From contig NC_057746.1 in the NCBI RefSeq assembly GCF_004010195.1, forward strand, positions 16,688,820 to 16,752,819: a stretch of 64,000 nt of DNA, written 5' to 3'. Within the stretch, counting starts at the first letter, position 1. Each line of letters opens with the position of its first letter. Source of the stretch: Chiloscyllium plagiosum. Taxonomy: Eukaryota. A program made the translations under genes and the position numbers. Positions 26,116 to 38,109 of this stretch are shown here, in pieces. The notes beneath the pieces are model-generated. The model ran no database searches, had not been told where the DNA came from, and saw only the letters and a list, made by a program, of their open reading frames with translations.

Positions 26116-27559
26116 AATTCTTATTCAAGTGGTATCCAAAAGTCTCTTGAACGTTGTAAATTTACCGACATCGGGTAAGTCTTCTGGAAATTGATTCCAC
26201 ATGTGAACCACTCTGCGCAAAAAAAAATGTTTTCTCTCTTGTCTCTTTTATAAAAATCTTTCTTTTCTCACCTTAAGGGTATGCCTCCAGTCTAGAAATA
26301 TCTCAACGAAGTGAAAAGGCAACCCACATTCATTTTATCCAAAACTCCTCATAATTTTGTGCATTTTTATAAGGTTACCCTCAACATCCTATGCTCAAGT
26401 AAAGAAAAACATTCTACCTATCCACCCTTTCCTTATAACTCAAACCAACCTCACCCACTTCACTCCCAACAAAATTCTTTTGACAGATAACGAATGACTA
26501 TGGATAGTCAGAATGTTTTCATATTCCAATGTATTTGGAATATATTCCAATTCCAAGATATTGCAGTGTTTTTCAATTTCCACTGCTGTCAAAGGTTTGC
26601 TGTGGTTGTACAAAAGTATCTGTATTGTCCACACACGTGTCTCAAAATGTCAGATTTTCTTTTCCGGTGATGGTTATGACTTAAACGTTAGCCTCACGAC
26701 AGCCAGGACATTCACAGTTCTCTTCTTCGAAATTGTCCTTGTGGTCCCTGCCATATCTTTCAATGCCAGAGTAGGCCTCCACTTTTACATCTTATCCAAA
26801 AGAGGACACAGCCGGGCGAATGGTTTTCCTCATAATGTTTCAGAAAACATCAGATGAGAGCTTTTAATCACATCGTTGCATGGGACGTATTCAGAGGCAG
26901 AAGTATAAACATGACATAAAACTGACCCCCAGATGAAGCCATTCTGTCTGGTAAACTGTATTTAAACTACACTAAAAGAAGTCATAGCTGAGATAATGAA
27001 TGAGGAGAGCATTGGTACTAAAGGCATACAGGAAACATGAGCTCTGCGTACGTTTAGTGATGTAACAGAATCGAAAGTACCCAAATTGGGAACCAAAGAT
27101 TTAAAATGTGCTTGTAGAATTTCTCAAGCTAATGGCAAAGTGCTAAAGATCATGATATTTGAAAATTTTAGAGCATTGTCCAGAGAATGAGCAAGGATAT
27201 ACCCAACAATGACGATCATTCAATTTAATGTGACTGGTGAGCAAGCAGAAAGTAGCAAGAATGAGTAATAGAATAGTTAAGAAGACAAACGAGACATTTA
27301 TCTTTACAAGTCATAGCAGAAAGTTATAATGTGGCGTTGCAATTGTTGGACAGGGGTGGACAAATTCAGAAGTCATAGGACACATGATCAGAGTCTAACA
27401 GGTTTATTTGAAACCACAAGCTTTTGGGGCACTGCTTCTTCGTCTAGTGGAACAAACAGCAGCAATCTGGAAGCTTATAGATTTATAAGTGTAGGGAACT
27501 TAAACTTGTTCAGAACTGTGGTTCGGTGACAGTTGAAGTTCTTTATGCATTTCTGCTCA

Positions 27560-28030
27560 CTACACACTTGATAAGGTTTGATTACACTGGAGGCCTGCAG
27601 AGAAGCTTAACGATGATGTTGCCAGAGATGGAGCAATTTAGCTATGAATTGGGTCTGGATGTGTTCAGGCATTTTTCTTTTGAGCAACAGAAGGTGCGGG
27701 AGGACCAGTTTGATACGTTCATCACGACAAGATGCATTCACAAGAGTTGCAGATTTTCTCACTTGTTAAAGAGTGGATAGCGAGACAGCATAGATTTAAG
27801 ATAAAGTGCAGGAAGTGTGGATGGGACTTGATGAAAGAAAATTCATTGTGATGTTGATGGAGGTCGGTAATACACTGCCTGAGAGTATACTTGAGGTGAG
27901 AAAACTTTAAAGTTAGTGCATTTGGATGAGCAGTTGAATATAACAATCGTATGATTTTTTTTTGTGCTGCAGACTCACGTTGAGCCAAAGAGACATTTTA
28001 TGAGCTGTATGAATCTATGAATCTCTGATA
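27560..28030 (+). mobile_element. Old CR1 LINE 3' end
   Basis: LQRSLTMMLPEMEQFSYE-type ORF2 C-terminal remnant and CTATGA-like tail. Confidence 0.65.
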
Positions 28031-29984
28031 TCACACAAGAACGTTATATATGCTTGACAGCAGTTTTGCGACATCGTTGATTAAATTGGGGAAAAAAGGC
28101 ATGATTTCATTTGGAACAAAGTCATTTTAATTGTTTTGATTCAATTGATTTATCGATAAACACAGGAGATCTTTCAAGGATAATTCAGTTGTTCTTGTGC
28201 CCATGCTCTTTAGAAAAGCAACAGAAAATATCACGTGAAAATGTTGGCAAGTGAGATGACGAAATCCATAACATGAAAGGTGGGCAAGCCAAGTTTTCTG
28301 ATGATATGAAATGATATCTTAGGCAGCACTGATTAAAGTTTAACATTTGAAAAGAGGCATTGATATATTTGTTGAATTTTGGCAAATTAAATTAAAGCAT
28401 GGCAAACATAAAAACATTCACTGCGAATTGAAAACAGACAAAACAGAATATTTCGTTAATAGAGAAAGCTTCAAATAGTTGCAGTTCCAAGGAATCATTG
28501 TCAACATGGGTTTCTTGAAGGAAAACCATGCTTATCAAACTTCTTAGAACTTTTGGGGATGTAACTGCTAGAGTGTAGCAGTGATGGTGGTTTAGAGGGT
28601 AATGTCACGTCATGACTGGAAATATACATTCTCAATTTGCTACTTTTTCTGGCACACTGATGCAGGTGGAAAAACAGAATTTTGCTTCTTTATCATGCAC
28701 ATTACAGAGTGGGATCCTTCAAGCACTGGTATCTACAAATAGGCAAGTGACCAGATCCAGAATGTCCATGTATGAAATCAGGAACAAGCATGCATATGTG
28801 TCCTGTATGGTTTCAGTTGTGGAAGAAGAAAGGTAAAAATGTGGGCGAGTATATTAAGATATTGGAAAAGTGTCAACTCATTAAAATAAAATACTAAATG
28901 AATGAGAATGTTATGGGACATATATTAGCAGGTGCAGTGAAACTGGAATGGAATATCAGAAGGATAGATACTGAGTCACAGTCGTTTAGGATCAGCTATC
29001 CTGCGTTTAAAGATACTAGTTTCCCAAATTCTCCGAACCTGCAAAGCTCCGTTACAATGGCATGTGGGGACAGATAGAGCCTCAAGGAGGTGTGAAAAGT
29101 ACAAATGACAGTTCCACAAGTTAATAGATAATGCATAATGCCTAAAGTGTCAAATTGATCACTTCTACAGGATGACGGGAAAAATAAAATATTCACTAAA
29201 TGTTTTGTTGAGAAAACAGAGAACATACATCTTCCTATTTTAATAAGAATGTCCTTGTCTTGGAAGTGAAACAAAATAATTCCTTATTTTTCATGCCCTC
29301 CTCAATATTTCATATATTTTCTCTTTTTGCCGTTCAAGGGAAAGACGTACAGATGGATAGTGTAAAAGGAATTTGGAAGGAGAGATGTTGAAACTTCAGA
29401 AAAAATGAAGGAGAGTTTATTCAGAATTAACATGCATGAACGTGAAAGAGTTGTAGGTGAGGTCCTTACAAACTATTTCTATTCCTATTTAGACTGAATG
29501 ATCTCTTTTCGATCTGGAATTGTAAAAGATAGTTGGCAGATGTTCAATGAAGTGAAGGAGTGGCTTAGAATTAAAATGAAAATTGCTCATTGATTATCTA
29601 CGTTCAGATAATGTCTGTTCATTTTGAAGTAAACTTTTTTGACAAGATTGCATGTTTTTCTTACAAAATTGTTCCTACTTCTCCCAAAGGTACAGATGAT
29701 ACTTTTTCTTTGCCTAATGACTTAATCACTGAAAGTACAGATGCTGTAAGGACCATCTGTGTTCAAAGTTTAGTAACAAACAACCTTAGGCATTGAAAAT
29801 AAGTACATCAGTGCACCATAAATCCGCCTCTAATTTCTCCCTTTAAAAACAAAATTTCAGCATTTTAGATGGATCATTCGCCTCAATATCTGAGAACAAG
29901 TTTAAAATGCTTTGGACACCAACAGCTCGGCTTGTGTCAATACACCAACCTCTCTTAGCAGTAGCCAGAGTGCCTAGTGAGTTA

Positions 29985-30066
29985 TTAGATTAGATTACTT
30001 ACAGTGTGGAAACAGGCCCTTTGGCCTAACAAGTCCACACCTATCCACTGAAGCGCAACCCACCCA
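29985..30066 (-). mobile_element. HE1/V-SINE 3' end truncated by assembly gap
   Basis: Nearly identical to the tail of the SINE at 7292-7380. Confidence 0.85.
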
Positions 30067-30566
30067 NNNNNNNNNNNNNNNNNNNNNNNNNNNNNNNNNN
30101 NNNNNNNNNNNNNNNNNNNNNNNNNNNNNNNNNNNNNNNNNNNNNNNNNNNNNNNNNNNNNNNNNNNNNNNNNNNNNNNNNNNNNNNNNNNNNNNNNNNN
30201 NNNNNNNNNNNNNNNNNNNNNNNNNNNNNNNNNNNNNNNNNNNNNNNNNNNNNNNNNNNNNNNNNNNNNNNNNNNNNNNNNNNNNNNNNNNNNNNNNNNN
30301 NNNNNNNNNNNNNNNNNNNNNNNNNNNNNNNNNNNNNNNNNNNNNNNNNNNNNNNNNNNNNNNNNNNNNNNNNNNNNNNNNNNNNNNNNNNNNNNNNNNN
30401 NNNNNNNNNNNNNNNNNNNNNNNNNNNNNNNNNNNNNNNNNNNNNNNNNNNNNNNNNNNNNNNNNNNNNNNNNNNNNNNNNNNNNNNNNNNNNNNNNNNN
30501 NNNNNNNNNNNNNNNNNNNNNNNNNNNNNNNNNNNNNNNNNNNNNNNNNNNNNNNNNNNNNNNNNN
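30067..30566. other. Assembly gap (exactly 500 N)
   Basis: Run of N. Confidence 1.
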
Positions 30567-31390
30567 TGGATGAAGACATTTCTCCTCAACTCAGTCCAAA
30601 ATGGCTTCCTGCACATCCTTAGACTGTGATCCATGGGCTGGACTCCTAGGTCATTGGGATATACCCTGCATTTACCCTATCCTGTCCTAGGTTTCTATGA
30701 GATCTCACTCCTCATTCTTCTAACCCCTACTGCATAGTGTCCTAACCCATCCAGTCTCTCTCATATGTCAGTCCTGATATCCCTGGAATTGATCTGGTAA
30801 ATGTTTGTTGCTCTCCCTCCATCAGCAGAATATCCTTCCTCTGATAACGTGACCAAAACTGGATACAATATTCGCCGTGTGGTATCACCAAATGTCTGTA
30901 CAATTGCAGCAAGACATCCTTGCTCCTGCACTCAAACATTCTCACTATGAAGCTCAACACAACATTTGTGTTCTTTATCGCCTGCCTCATCTGCATGTTT
31001 ACCTTCAGTGACTGCTGTACAGCGTTTGTTGCACCTTCCTTTTTCCCAATTTATTGACATTCAAATAAGAATCTGCCTTCCTGTTTTCACTGTTAAAATA
31101 CATAAGCTGAATTTTAACCACATTATCTTGCAGCTGCCATGCATGTGCCCACTCATTCAACTTGTCCAAAATACACTGATACATCTCTGCATCCTGCACA
31201 CAGTTCACCCTCCCTCCCAGCTTTGTGTCATCTGCAAATTTGGAGGTATTACATGAAGTTTGTTCATCTAAATCATTAATGTAGTGAATCGCTGGGCTCC
31301 AAGCACTGATCACTGTGAAACCCCACACATCATTGACTGCCACAAGGAAAATGAACATATATTCTTGCTTTCCAACTACCAATGGGTTCT
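30567..31390 (-). mobile_element. CR1 LINE RT/3' fragment
   Basis: YINDLDE, SKFADDTKLGG, LQLYRHLVIPHGEYCIQFWS. Confidence 0.88.
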
Positions 31391-32199
31391 TGAAACAAAC
31401 CCGCATCAAGACACACAGAACTTATTTAAAAATAAGTTTATAGCACTGACAATTTTACACTGTCAGAAGTAAGCCAGAGGGAAACACCAATAATCATTGG
31501 AAATGAGAATATAGTTCTTCATAAAGGTTTATGTTAAAGTATACGGGTCAGACCAATTAGCATCATTCACAACTTTTCCTCATTCTTCATTCTTGAAAAG
31601 TGACAAAGGACAATTTAGGAACCCAGGAACTTAGTTAGACATTGCTGTACAGTATGTGCTGCAGTGAAATATGTGAAACCACAGTAAAGGTGGACAAACT
31701 TATTCAAGCTGGAAGTTCACTCAGTGAAGCCAATTAAAGAGAATAGGAGTCTTTATTAAAATCAGCATGAATTATTCAGAATGCCATGAATAGTGTGAAT
31801 AATCTTTGAAAAACTATGAAGAGGACAGGATTAGTTTTAAAACCACAGACAGCTGGTTCCATTCAGTAGAGTCAGTCGAGAGGAAACAAATTGTTTATTA
31901 GGCCACACTCAGCCAGATTCCTCCATTTCTAACTACAAAGTTGGGAATGCTCCATTTTGGCTGCAAAAGCCCAGAAAAATCCTTCAATAACCAATACAGA
32001 AGACACATTGCTGGATTGTAATACACTCCTGACTTCCGCGGGAAATAGTTTGCTCTTAAAGTTTTCATTTGGGGTAATGGATTATGCTTCACCCAATCCG
32101 ATGATGTAATGAGATCTTAGTTGAGATGATCTTGTAGTCAGCACACTCGACAAAGTCGAGTAAAACACAACTGAAATGGAGAAATGAGGCAGTAAACCC

Positions 32200-32760
32200 A
32201 GATTCTGGTGACCAAGAGTTCACCAACCTCTCCAAACACTGTCAGCAGCAACAAGGTTCCATCATACAACACTTTGTTGATGGTGAACAGGCCTTGGGGA
32301 ACCAGGAGGTGAACTACTTACTGCAGAATCCCCACTCTCTCACCAACTGTTAAAACCACAGTGTTAATACTGCTGATCGCATTCAGGTTCTGGTCAGTGG
32401 AATACAACTTAATATTGATGGTGGGAGATTCAGTGATGGTAAAACCTTTGAACGTCAAAGTGGTGAGGTGAATGAAAGATGTTAAGATTCGGTCTTGTTG
32501 AAGATGGTCATTGCCTGGTACTTGTTTGGCATGAATGTGATTTCCCACTTGCTAGCCCAATTTTGTATCATGTGTCTTGCTATGTAAATACATGGACTGA
32601 TTCAGTGTCTGAGGTCTCACACTGAAAAATATCCAACCATCAGTGAACATCTTGACTTCTGACCTAAGGATGTAGTGAAGGTTATTGATGAAGGAGTTGA
32701 AAATCTTTGGACCTAACACCGTTTCGTGAGGAACACCTGCAGTGCTGTCCTGTGGCTGAG
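32200..32760 (-). mobile_element. Degenerate L2/CR1-group LINE RT fragment
   Basis: TAGVPHETVLGPKIFNSFINNL..IRSEV.MFTD = decayed [14 protein letters not shown] motifs. Confidence 0.7.
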
Positions 32761-32909
32761 ATTGCTGCACCTGAACAGTTTCACTGGGGGCACATAATGC
32801 CAAGGAATTTGTTAGGGCCCACAGTCTTTGCTATACCCCTAGGCTTTAACTGTACACCAGGTCTGGCAGGATTTGGAGGCAGTCTCAGGATGCCCATTTC
32901 CACACGGAA

Positions 32910-33250
32910 TACTTTATTCATCGAATGTGGACATCATTGACTCGGCAGCAATTTATTGTCCAGCCCCATTTCTCCAGAGGATAATTATTGTGGGTCTGAA
33001 GTCACTTTGTAGGCCCAGACCAAATAAAGACAGGATACTTCCTTGCACAAAAGGACATGAATGAACTCGATGGTTTTACAGCTATACTCATTGGGTACAT
33101 GTCCATCATGAGACTTGCTTTCAGTTCCAGGTTGTTTTTTATTTGAATTCAAACCTCACTGTCTGCCATGAGGGGATGTGAACCCATGTCCCCAGATCAT
33201 TAGCTGAGGGGATTCCCAGCCCAGTGACATCACCGCAATCACATCATCTT
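32910..33250 (-). mobile_element. Deu-domain (SacSINE-like) SINE, duplicated at ~34570-34895; related copies ~39790-40110(-) and ~51250-51500(+)
   Basis: tRNA-like head on the minus strand (GGGTTCACATCCC), GAATTCAAA, CCTTTTGTGCAAGGAAG and GGTCTGGGCCTACA core segments. Confidence 0.6.
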
Positions 33251-33489
33251 CCCACACACCAAGGATCCATTTAAACATATCTCCTCTAAAGGTCTGTGAA
33301 TGTTGGGATAATTCAAAAGGAGCTCCATATCAGAGATGATTGCATTTTTGGAGACTGAGGTTTGTCTGATATTTTGGTGATTGAAGGAGATGAAACTGAA
33401 GTTAAAAATCAGCAATGATCTCATTGGGTGGTGTAGCAGCATGAGGAGCTGAATGGTCTCTGTCCCAAAAATGAATTGCAGCTCAGCTC

Positions 33490-33660
33490 ATTCTCCCAGC
33501 AACTAGAGATGAAAGTGGAAGTGTTTAGGTAATTGGAAATTCCCAATCGTGGGCGGAGTTATGGAACCTGGTTGTTGTCTATTCTGCGGAGTCTGCTGAC
33601 TCACTGAGTCTTTTTATTGTGATTGTATCGATAATAGTTTGGGACCAATCAGTGTGAAGG
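33490..33660 (+). promoter_or_regulatory. MHC class I promoter, copy A
   Basis: GAAAGTGGAAGT IRF/ETS-like (33511-33522), GGAAATTCCC NF-kB (33535-33544), GC box (33551), S-box-like GGAACCT (33563-33569), X2/AP-1 TGACTCA (33597-33603), mutated Y box ATTGT (33622-33626), CCAAT (33645-33649). Confidence 0.75.
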
Positions 33661-33837
33661 TGTCTCGGTGAAGAGGAACGGTAACAAGAACTAAAACAAA
33701 GTGCTGAAAAATCTGTCGGGAGAGATATTGAAGATCCTTCTTCAGAACAGTTTAATATCACTCTCGATTACAGCTCACAGACTGAGACAGTCCGGTGGAA
33801 AATAATCTCTCCTCCCAGACTGTCGACTGAAGTCACG

Positions 33838-34306
33838 ATGATTGGACTGATAGTGCTGGGACTTCTGTGGGGAGAGCTCTCTGCAGGTGAGGAATGGGAG
33901 GTGAGAGAGAGGCAGAGCCAGGCTGGGAACTGGGGCTTTAACCTTTGATCATGTTACCATCAGAATGGTTTATGGGGTAATATTTATCTGTTTCTTGTTT
34001 AAACGTCAGTGAATCCACTGTTTTAAATGGATTAAGTTCGTACGAGACTTAACCATAAGGCTAGAACAAAAGATCTGTAATTGCGAAATTCAAAAGATGT
34101 ATTGAACTATACAGGGTGAAATGTAAAATTGGCAGACGTTTTTTTTAAGTAAAAGGAAAAGAGAAAAAAGTTAACAATATCACGTGATGAAGCTGAAGTG
34201 AATTGTGAAATTCTCTCCAGTGCTGGAGAAAAGGTGAACAAAATGATTCATGATTCAGGAATTCATGCTCAGATTTTTCTGTGTTTCAGAAACTCACTCT
34301 CTCTGA
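33838..34306 (+). pseudogene. Truncated MHC class I copy: leader exon 33838-33886 and alpha1 stub 34290-34306 (MIGLIVLGLLWGELSA-ETHSL*)
   Basis: Leader exon with GT donor at 33887; acceptor TGTGTTTCAG at 34289 matches the true alpha1 acceptor at 41728; stop created at the duplication junction. Confidence 0.85.
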
Positions 34307-36302
34307 CCTAAGGATGTAGTGAAGATTATTGACAAATGATTTGAAAATCTTTGGAGCAAACATTGTTTCGTGAGGAACTCCTGCAGTGCTGTCCTGTGTC
34401 TGAGATTGCTGTACCTGAACAGGTTCACTGAGGGCACATAACGCCAAGGGATTTGTTAGGGCCCACAGTCTTTGCTGTATACCCCTAAACTTTAACTGTA
34501 CACCAGGTCTGGCAGGATTTGGATGCAGTCTCAGGAAGCCCATTTCCACACGGAATACTTTAATTTAATCATCGAATGCAGACATCATTGACTAGGCAGC
34601 ATTTATTGTCCAGCCCTATTTGTCCTGAGGATAATTGCTGTGGGCCTGGAGTCACATGTAGGCCCAGACCAGATAAAGACAGGAGATTTCCTTGCACAAA
34701 AGGACATGAATGAACTCGATGGTTTTACAGCTATCACCGTTGGGTACATGTCCATCACAAGACTAGCTTTCAGTTCCAGATTGGTTTGTTTATTGACCTC
34801 ACTGTCTGCCATGAGGGGATGTGCACCCATGTCCCTAGATCATTAGCTGTGGGGATTCTCAGCCCAGTGACATGACCACTATCTCACCATCTTCCCTCAC
34901 ACGAAGGATCCATCTAAACATATCTCCTCTAAAGGTCTGTGAATGTTGGGATAATTGCAAAAACACCTCCATAATCAGGGATAATTACAGACTAAGGTTT
35001 GACTCATATTTTGGCGATTGAAGGAGATGAAACATAGAACAATACAGTGCAGAACAGGCCCTTCGGTCCTTGATGCTGAGCCGACCTGTGACCTATTCTC
35101 AGCTCGTCCCCCTACACTATCCCATCATCATCCATGTGCTTATCTAATGCTTATTTAAATCTCCCTCATGTGGCTGAGTTAACTATGTTGGCAGGTAGGG
35201 CATTCCACACCCTTACCACTCTCTGCGTAAAGAACCTGTCTCTGATATCTGTCTTAAATCTATCACCCCTCAATTTGTAGTTATACCCCCTCATACAAGC
35301 TGACATCATCATCCTAGGAAAAGGACTTTCACTGTCTACCTTATATAATCCTCTGATAATCTTGTATGTCTCAATCAAATCCCCTTTTAGCCTTCTTCTT
35401 TCCAATGAGAACAGACCCAAGTCTCTCAGCCTTTCCCCATAAGACCTTCCCTCCAGACCAGGCAACATCCTGGTAAATCTCCTCTGCACTTTTTCCAATG
35501 CTTCCAAATCCTTCCCAAAATATGGCAACCAGAACTGTACACAATATTCCAAGGTGTGACTGCACTAGTGTTTTGTATAGTTGCAGCATGATATTGCGGT
35601 TCTGGAACTCAATCCCTCTGCCAATGAAACCTAACACACCGTATGCCTTCTTAACAGCACTATCAACCTAGGTGGCAACTTTCAGGGATCTATGTACATG
35701 GACTCCAAGATCCCTAGGGCACATCCACACTACTGTGAGAAACGAAGCTCACTCACATCAATAATTTCAATCCGAGACAAAATCTGAAGCAGTAGTATCG
35801 TTTATTTTGCTCTTGCAAGAGGGATGTGGTGTCAACTATTTGTAAGATAGTCACACACACACCCAGTTTAATGGGTACACAACATTTTAAACAATCCCTT
35901 CTCAGTTTCCTCCTCCCCCACTCATCTCATTGGCGTGTCCATATGTCCAATCCGCATTCTTCTTTCTCCTTCTCCCATTGCTCCTCCCCTGTTTACATCT
36001 CCCACTACTCACACTCCTGGCACCCCTTACCCTTGTTTACTTCTTACCCTATTTGGTCTTAGGTGCAGGTATCTGCTTGGCTGTTTTTACCACATAACTT
36101 AACTGTCTTACCACAACCCTCTAGTTTATAGTTAGCGTATATCCTCTCCTATTGCTAGATGTGTATGTGTTTTGCTAAAGTGACACTCTTCCCCCTTTCT
36201 AACCCACATCGAGCCTTATGGCCCGATTGTGGTTTTTTCTGCAGATGCACAAAAAATACTGCTCATAGCTTGCTTGTGTAAACTTATCTCAATCTACATC
36301 CC

Positions 36303-36639
36303 GGATGAACTCGGATTTCACCAGTTTCCTCATTTCCCCTCCCCCCAGCCTGTCTCAGTCAAATCCATCAAATTCAGCACCGCCTTCCTAACCTGCAATC
36401 TTCTTCCCGACCTCTCCGCCCCCACCCCAGTCTGACCTATCACCCTCACCTTGACCTCTTTCCACCTATCACATTTCCGACACCCCTCCCCCAAGTCCCT
36501 CCTCCCTATCTTTTATCTTAGCCTGCTGGACCAACTTTCCTCATTCCTGAAGAAGGGCTAATGCCCGAAACGTCGATTCTCCTGTTCCCTAGATGCTGCC
36601 TGACCTGCTGCGCTTTTCCAGCAACACATTTCCATCCTT
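36303..36639 (+). mobile_element. Penelope-like element 3' terminal fragment nested in the LTR
   Basis: 12-bp TSD AATCTACATCCC (36291-36302, 36640-36651); C-rich tract; terminal repeat shared with the hairpin elements. Confidence 0.85.
36541..36580 (+). ncRNA. Candidate minimal type I hammerhead ribozyme
   Basis: CTGAAGA (36547-53), A, stem II GGGC-TAAT-GCCC, GAAA, palindromic ACGT mini stem III, GTC cleavage triplet (C36574). Confidence 0.65.
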
Positions 36640-36929
36640 AATCTACATCCCCCCTCCTATCCAGCCCTACAACCCTTGCAGACAACAACCTCCATAATCT
36701 TTTCCTTACACTACCAAGAATCTTTCCACTGACCCAATATTCTGCCTTCCTGTTATTCTTCCCAAAGTGCATCACCTCACATTTAGCTGCATTGAACTCC
36801 ATTTGCCATTTTTCAGCCCAACTCTGCAGTTTATCCAAGTCCCCCTGCAACCTGTAACATTCTTCCAAGCTGACCACTATTCCATCGACTTTAGTGTCAT
36901 CTGCAAATTTATTAATCCATCCACCTATA

Positions 36930-37402
36930 GAACATAGAACATAGAACAATACAGCACAGAACAGGCCCTTCGGCCCACGATGTTGTGCCGAACATTTGTC
37001 CTAGCTTAAGCACCCATCCATGTACCTATCCAATAGCCACTTAAAAGGGCACCAATGATTCTGACTCTGCCACTCCCACAGGCAGCGCATTCCATGCCCC
37101 CACCACTCTCGGGTAAAGAACCTACCCCTGACATCCCCCCTATACCTTCCACCCTTCACCTTAAATTTGTGTCCCCTTGTAACACTGTTGTACCCGGGGA
37201 AAAAGTCTCTGACTGTCTACTCTATTCCTCTGATCATCTTATAAACCTCTATCAAGTCACACCTCATCCTTCACCGTTCCAATGAGAAAAGGCCTAGCAC
37301 TCTCAACCTATCCTCGTACGACCTATTCTCCATTCCAGGCAACATCCTGGTAAATCTTCTCTGCACCCTCTCCAAAGCTTCCACATCTTTCCTAAAGTGA
37401 GG
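36930..37402 (-). mobile_element. Second CR1 3' end nested in the first
   Basis: (GAACATA)n tail; CTATA duplicated at 36925-36929 and 37403-37407. Confidence 0.85.
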
Positions 37403-37709
37403 CTATATCTGCATCTAAGTAATTTATAAAAATGACAAACAGTAGTGGTCCCAAAACAGATCCTTGTGGCACACCACTAGTAACCAGACTCCAGGCTGAA
37501 TATTTTCCATCAACCACTACCCGCTGCCTTCTTTCAGAGAGCCACTTTCAAATCCAAACTGTTAAATCACCCTCAATTCCATGCCTCTGCATTTTCTCCA
37601 ACAGCCTACCATGTTACCTACTGGAGTGAAGATCAGCAATCAACTCTTTGGGTGGTGTGGCAGCATCGAGGGGCTGAATGGTCTCTGTCCCGAGAATAAA
37701 TTGCAGCTC

Positions 37710-37875
37710 AGCTATTCTCGCAGCAACTGGAGATGAGAGTAGAAGTGTTTCCGTGATTGAGAAGTCCCAATCCTGGGCGGAGTTATGCAACCGGTTCTTC
37801 CGGAGCCTGATGACTCACTGACTCTTTTTATTGTGATTGGACCGGTGATATTTTGGGACCAATCAGCGTGAAGGT
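37710..37875 (+). promoter_or_regulatory. MHC class I promoter, copy B (proximal to the intact gene)
   Basis: GC box (37775), X1/X2-like CCGGAGCCTGATGACTCA (TGACTCA 37811-37817), Y box ATTGG 18 nt downstream (37836-37840), CCAATCAGCGT (37859); kB and IRF sites degenerate. Confidence 0.75.
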
Positions 37876-38060
37876 GTCTCGGTGAACAGGAACAGGAACT
37901 AAAACCGAAATTGCTAAAAATCTGTAAAGATATTGGAGTTAACGTTTTAGGTCCAGTGACCCTTCTTCAGAACAGTTTAATGCCACTTGGGTACAGCTCA
38001 CAGATTGAGACAGTCCGCTGGAAAGTAATCTTTCCTTCCAGACTGTCAACTGAAGTCACG

Positions 38061-38109
38061 ATGATTGGACTGATAGTGCTGGGACTTTTGTGGGGAAAGC
38101 TTTCTGCAG
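38061..38109 (+). CDS. MHC class I exon 1 (signal peptide MIGLIVLGLLWGKLSA)
   Basis: Hydrophobic leader, ACGATG start context, CAG|GTGAGG phase-1 donor. Confidence 0.88.

Larger units (their letters stand above)
32658..34303 (+). repeat. Tandem segmental duplication, copy A; copy B is 34302-35033 plus 37620-~38480
   Basis: Collinear similarity starting at TCTGACCTAAGGATGTAGTGAAG (32658 and 34302) and running through a SINE, the promoter, the leader exon and intron 1. Confidence 0.93.
35734..36710 (-). mobile_element. Solo LTR (ERV/gypsy type)
   Basis: TGTGAGAAA...TTTCCTTACA imperfect inverted termini (TG..CA), 4-bp TSD CTAC (35730-35733, 36711-36714), minus-strand AATAAA at 35801-35806; the host CR1 rejoins seamlessly. 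Confidence 0.8.
35033..37620 (-). mobile_element. CR1 LINE inserted in duplication copy B, host to three nested insertions
   Basis: ORFs 35166-35552 and 35371-35637(-) match the 4660-5800 family; absent from copy A, where the flanks GGAGATGAAAC|TGAAG are contiguous. Confidence 0.92.

Noticed and set aside
29995-30634. Long ORFs containing X runs (also 53096-53848)
   Set aside because: Artefacts of translating N gaps
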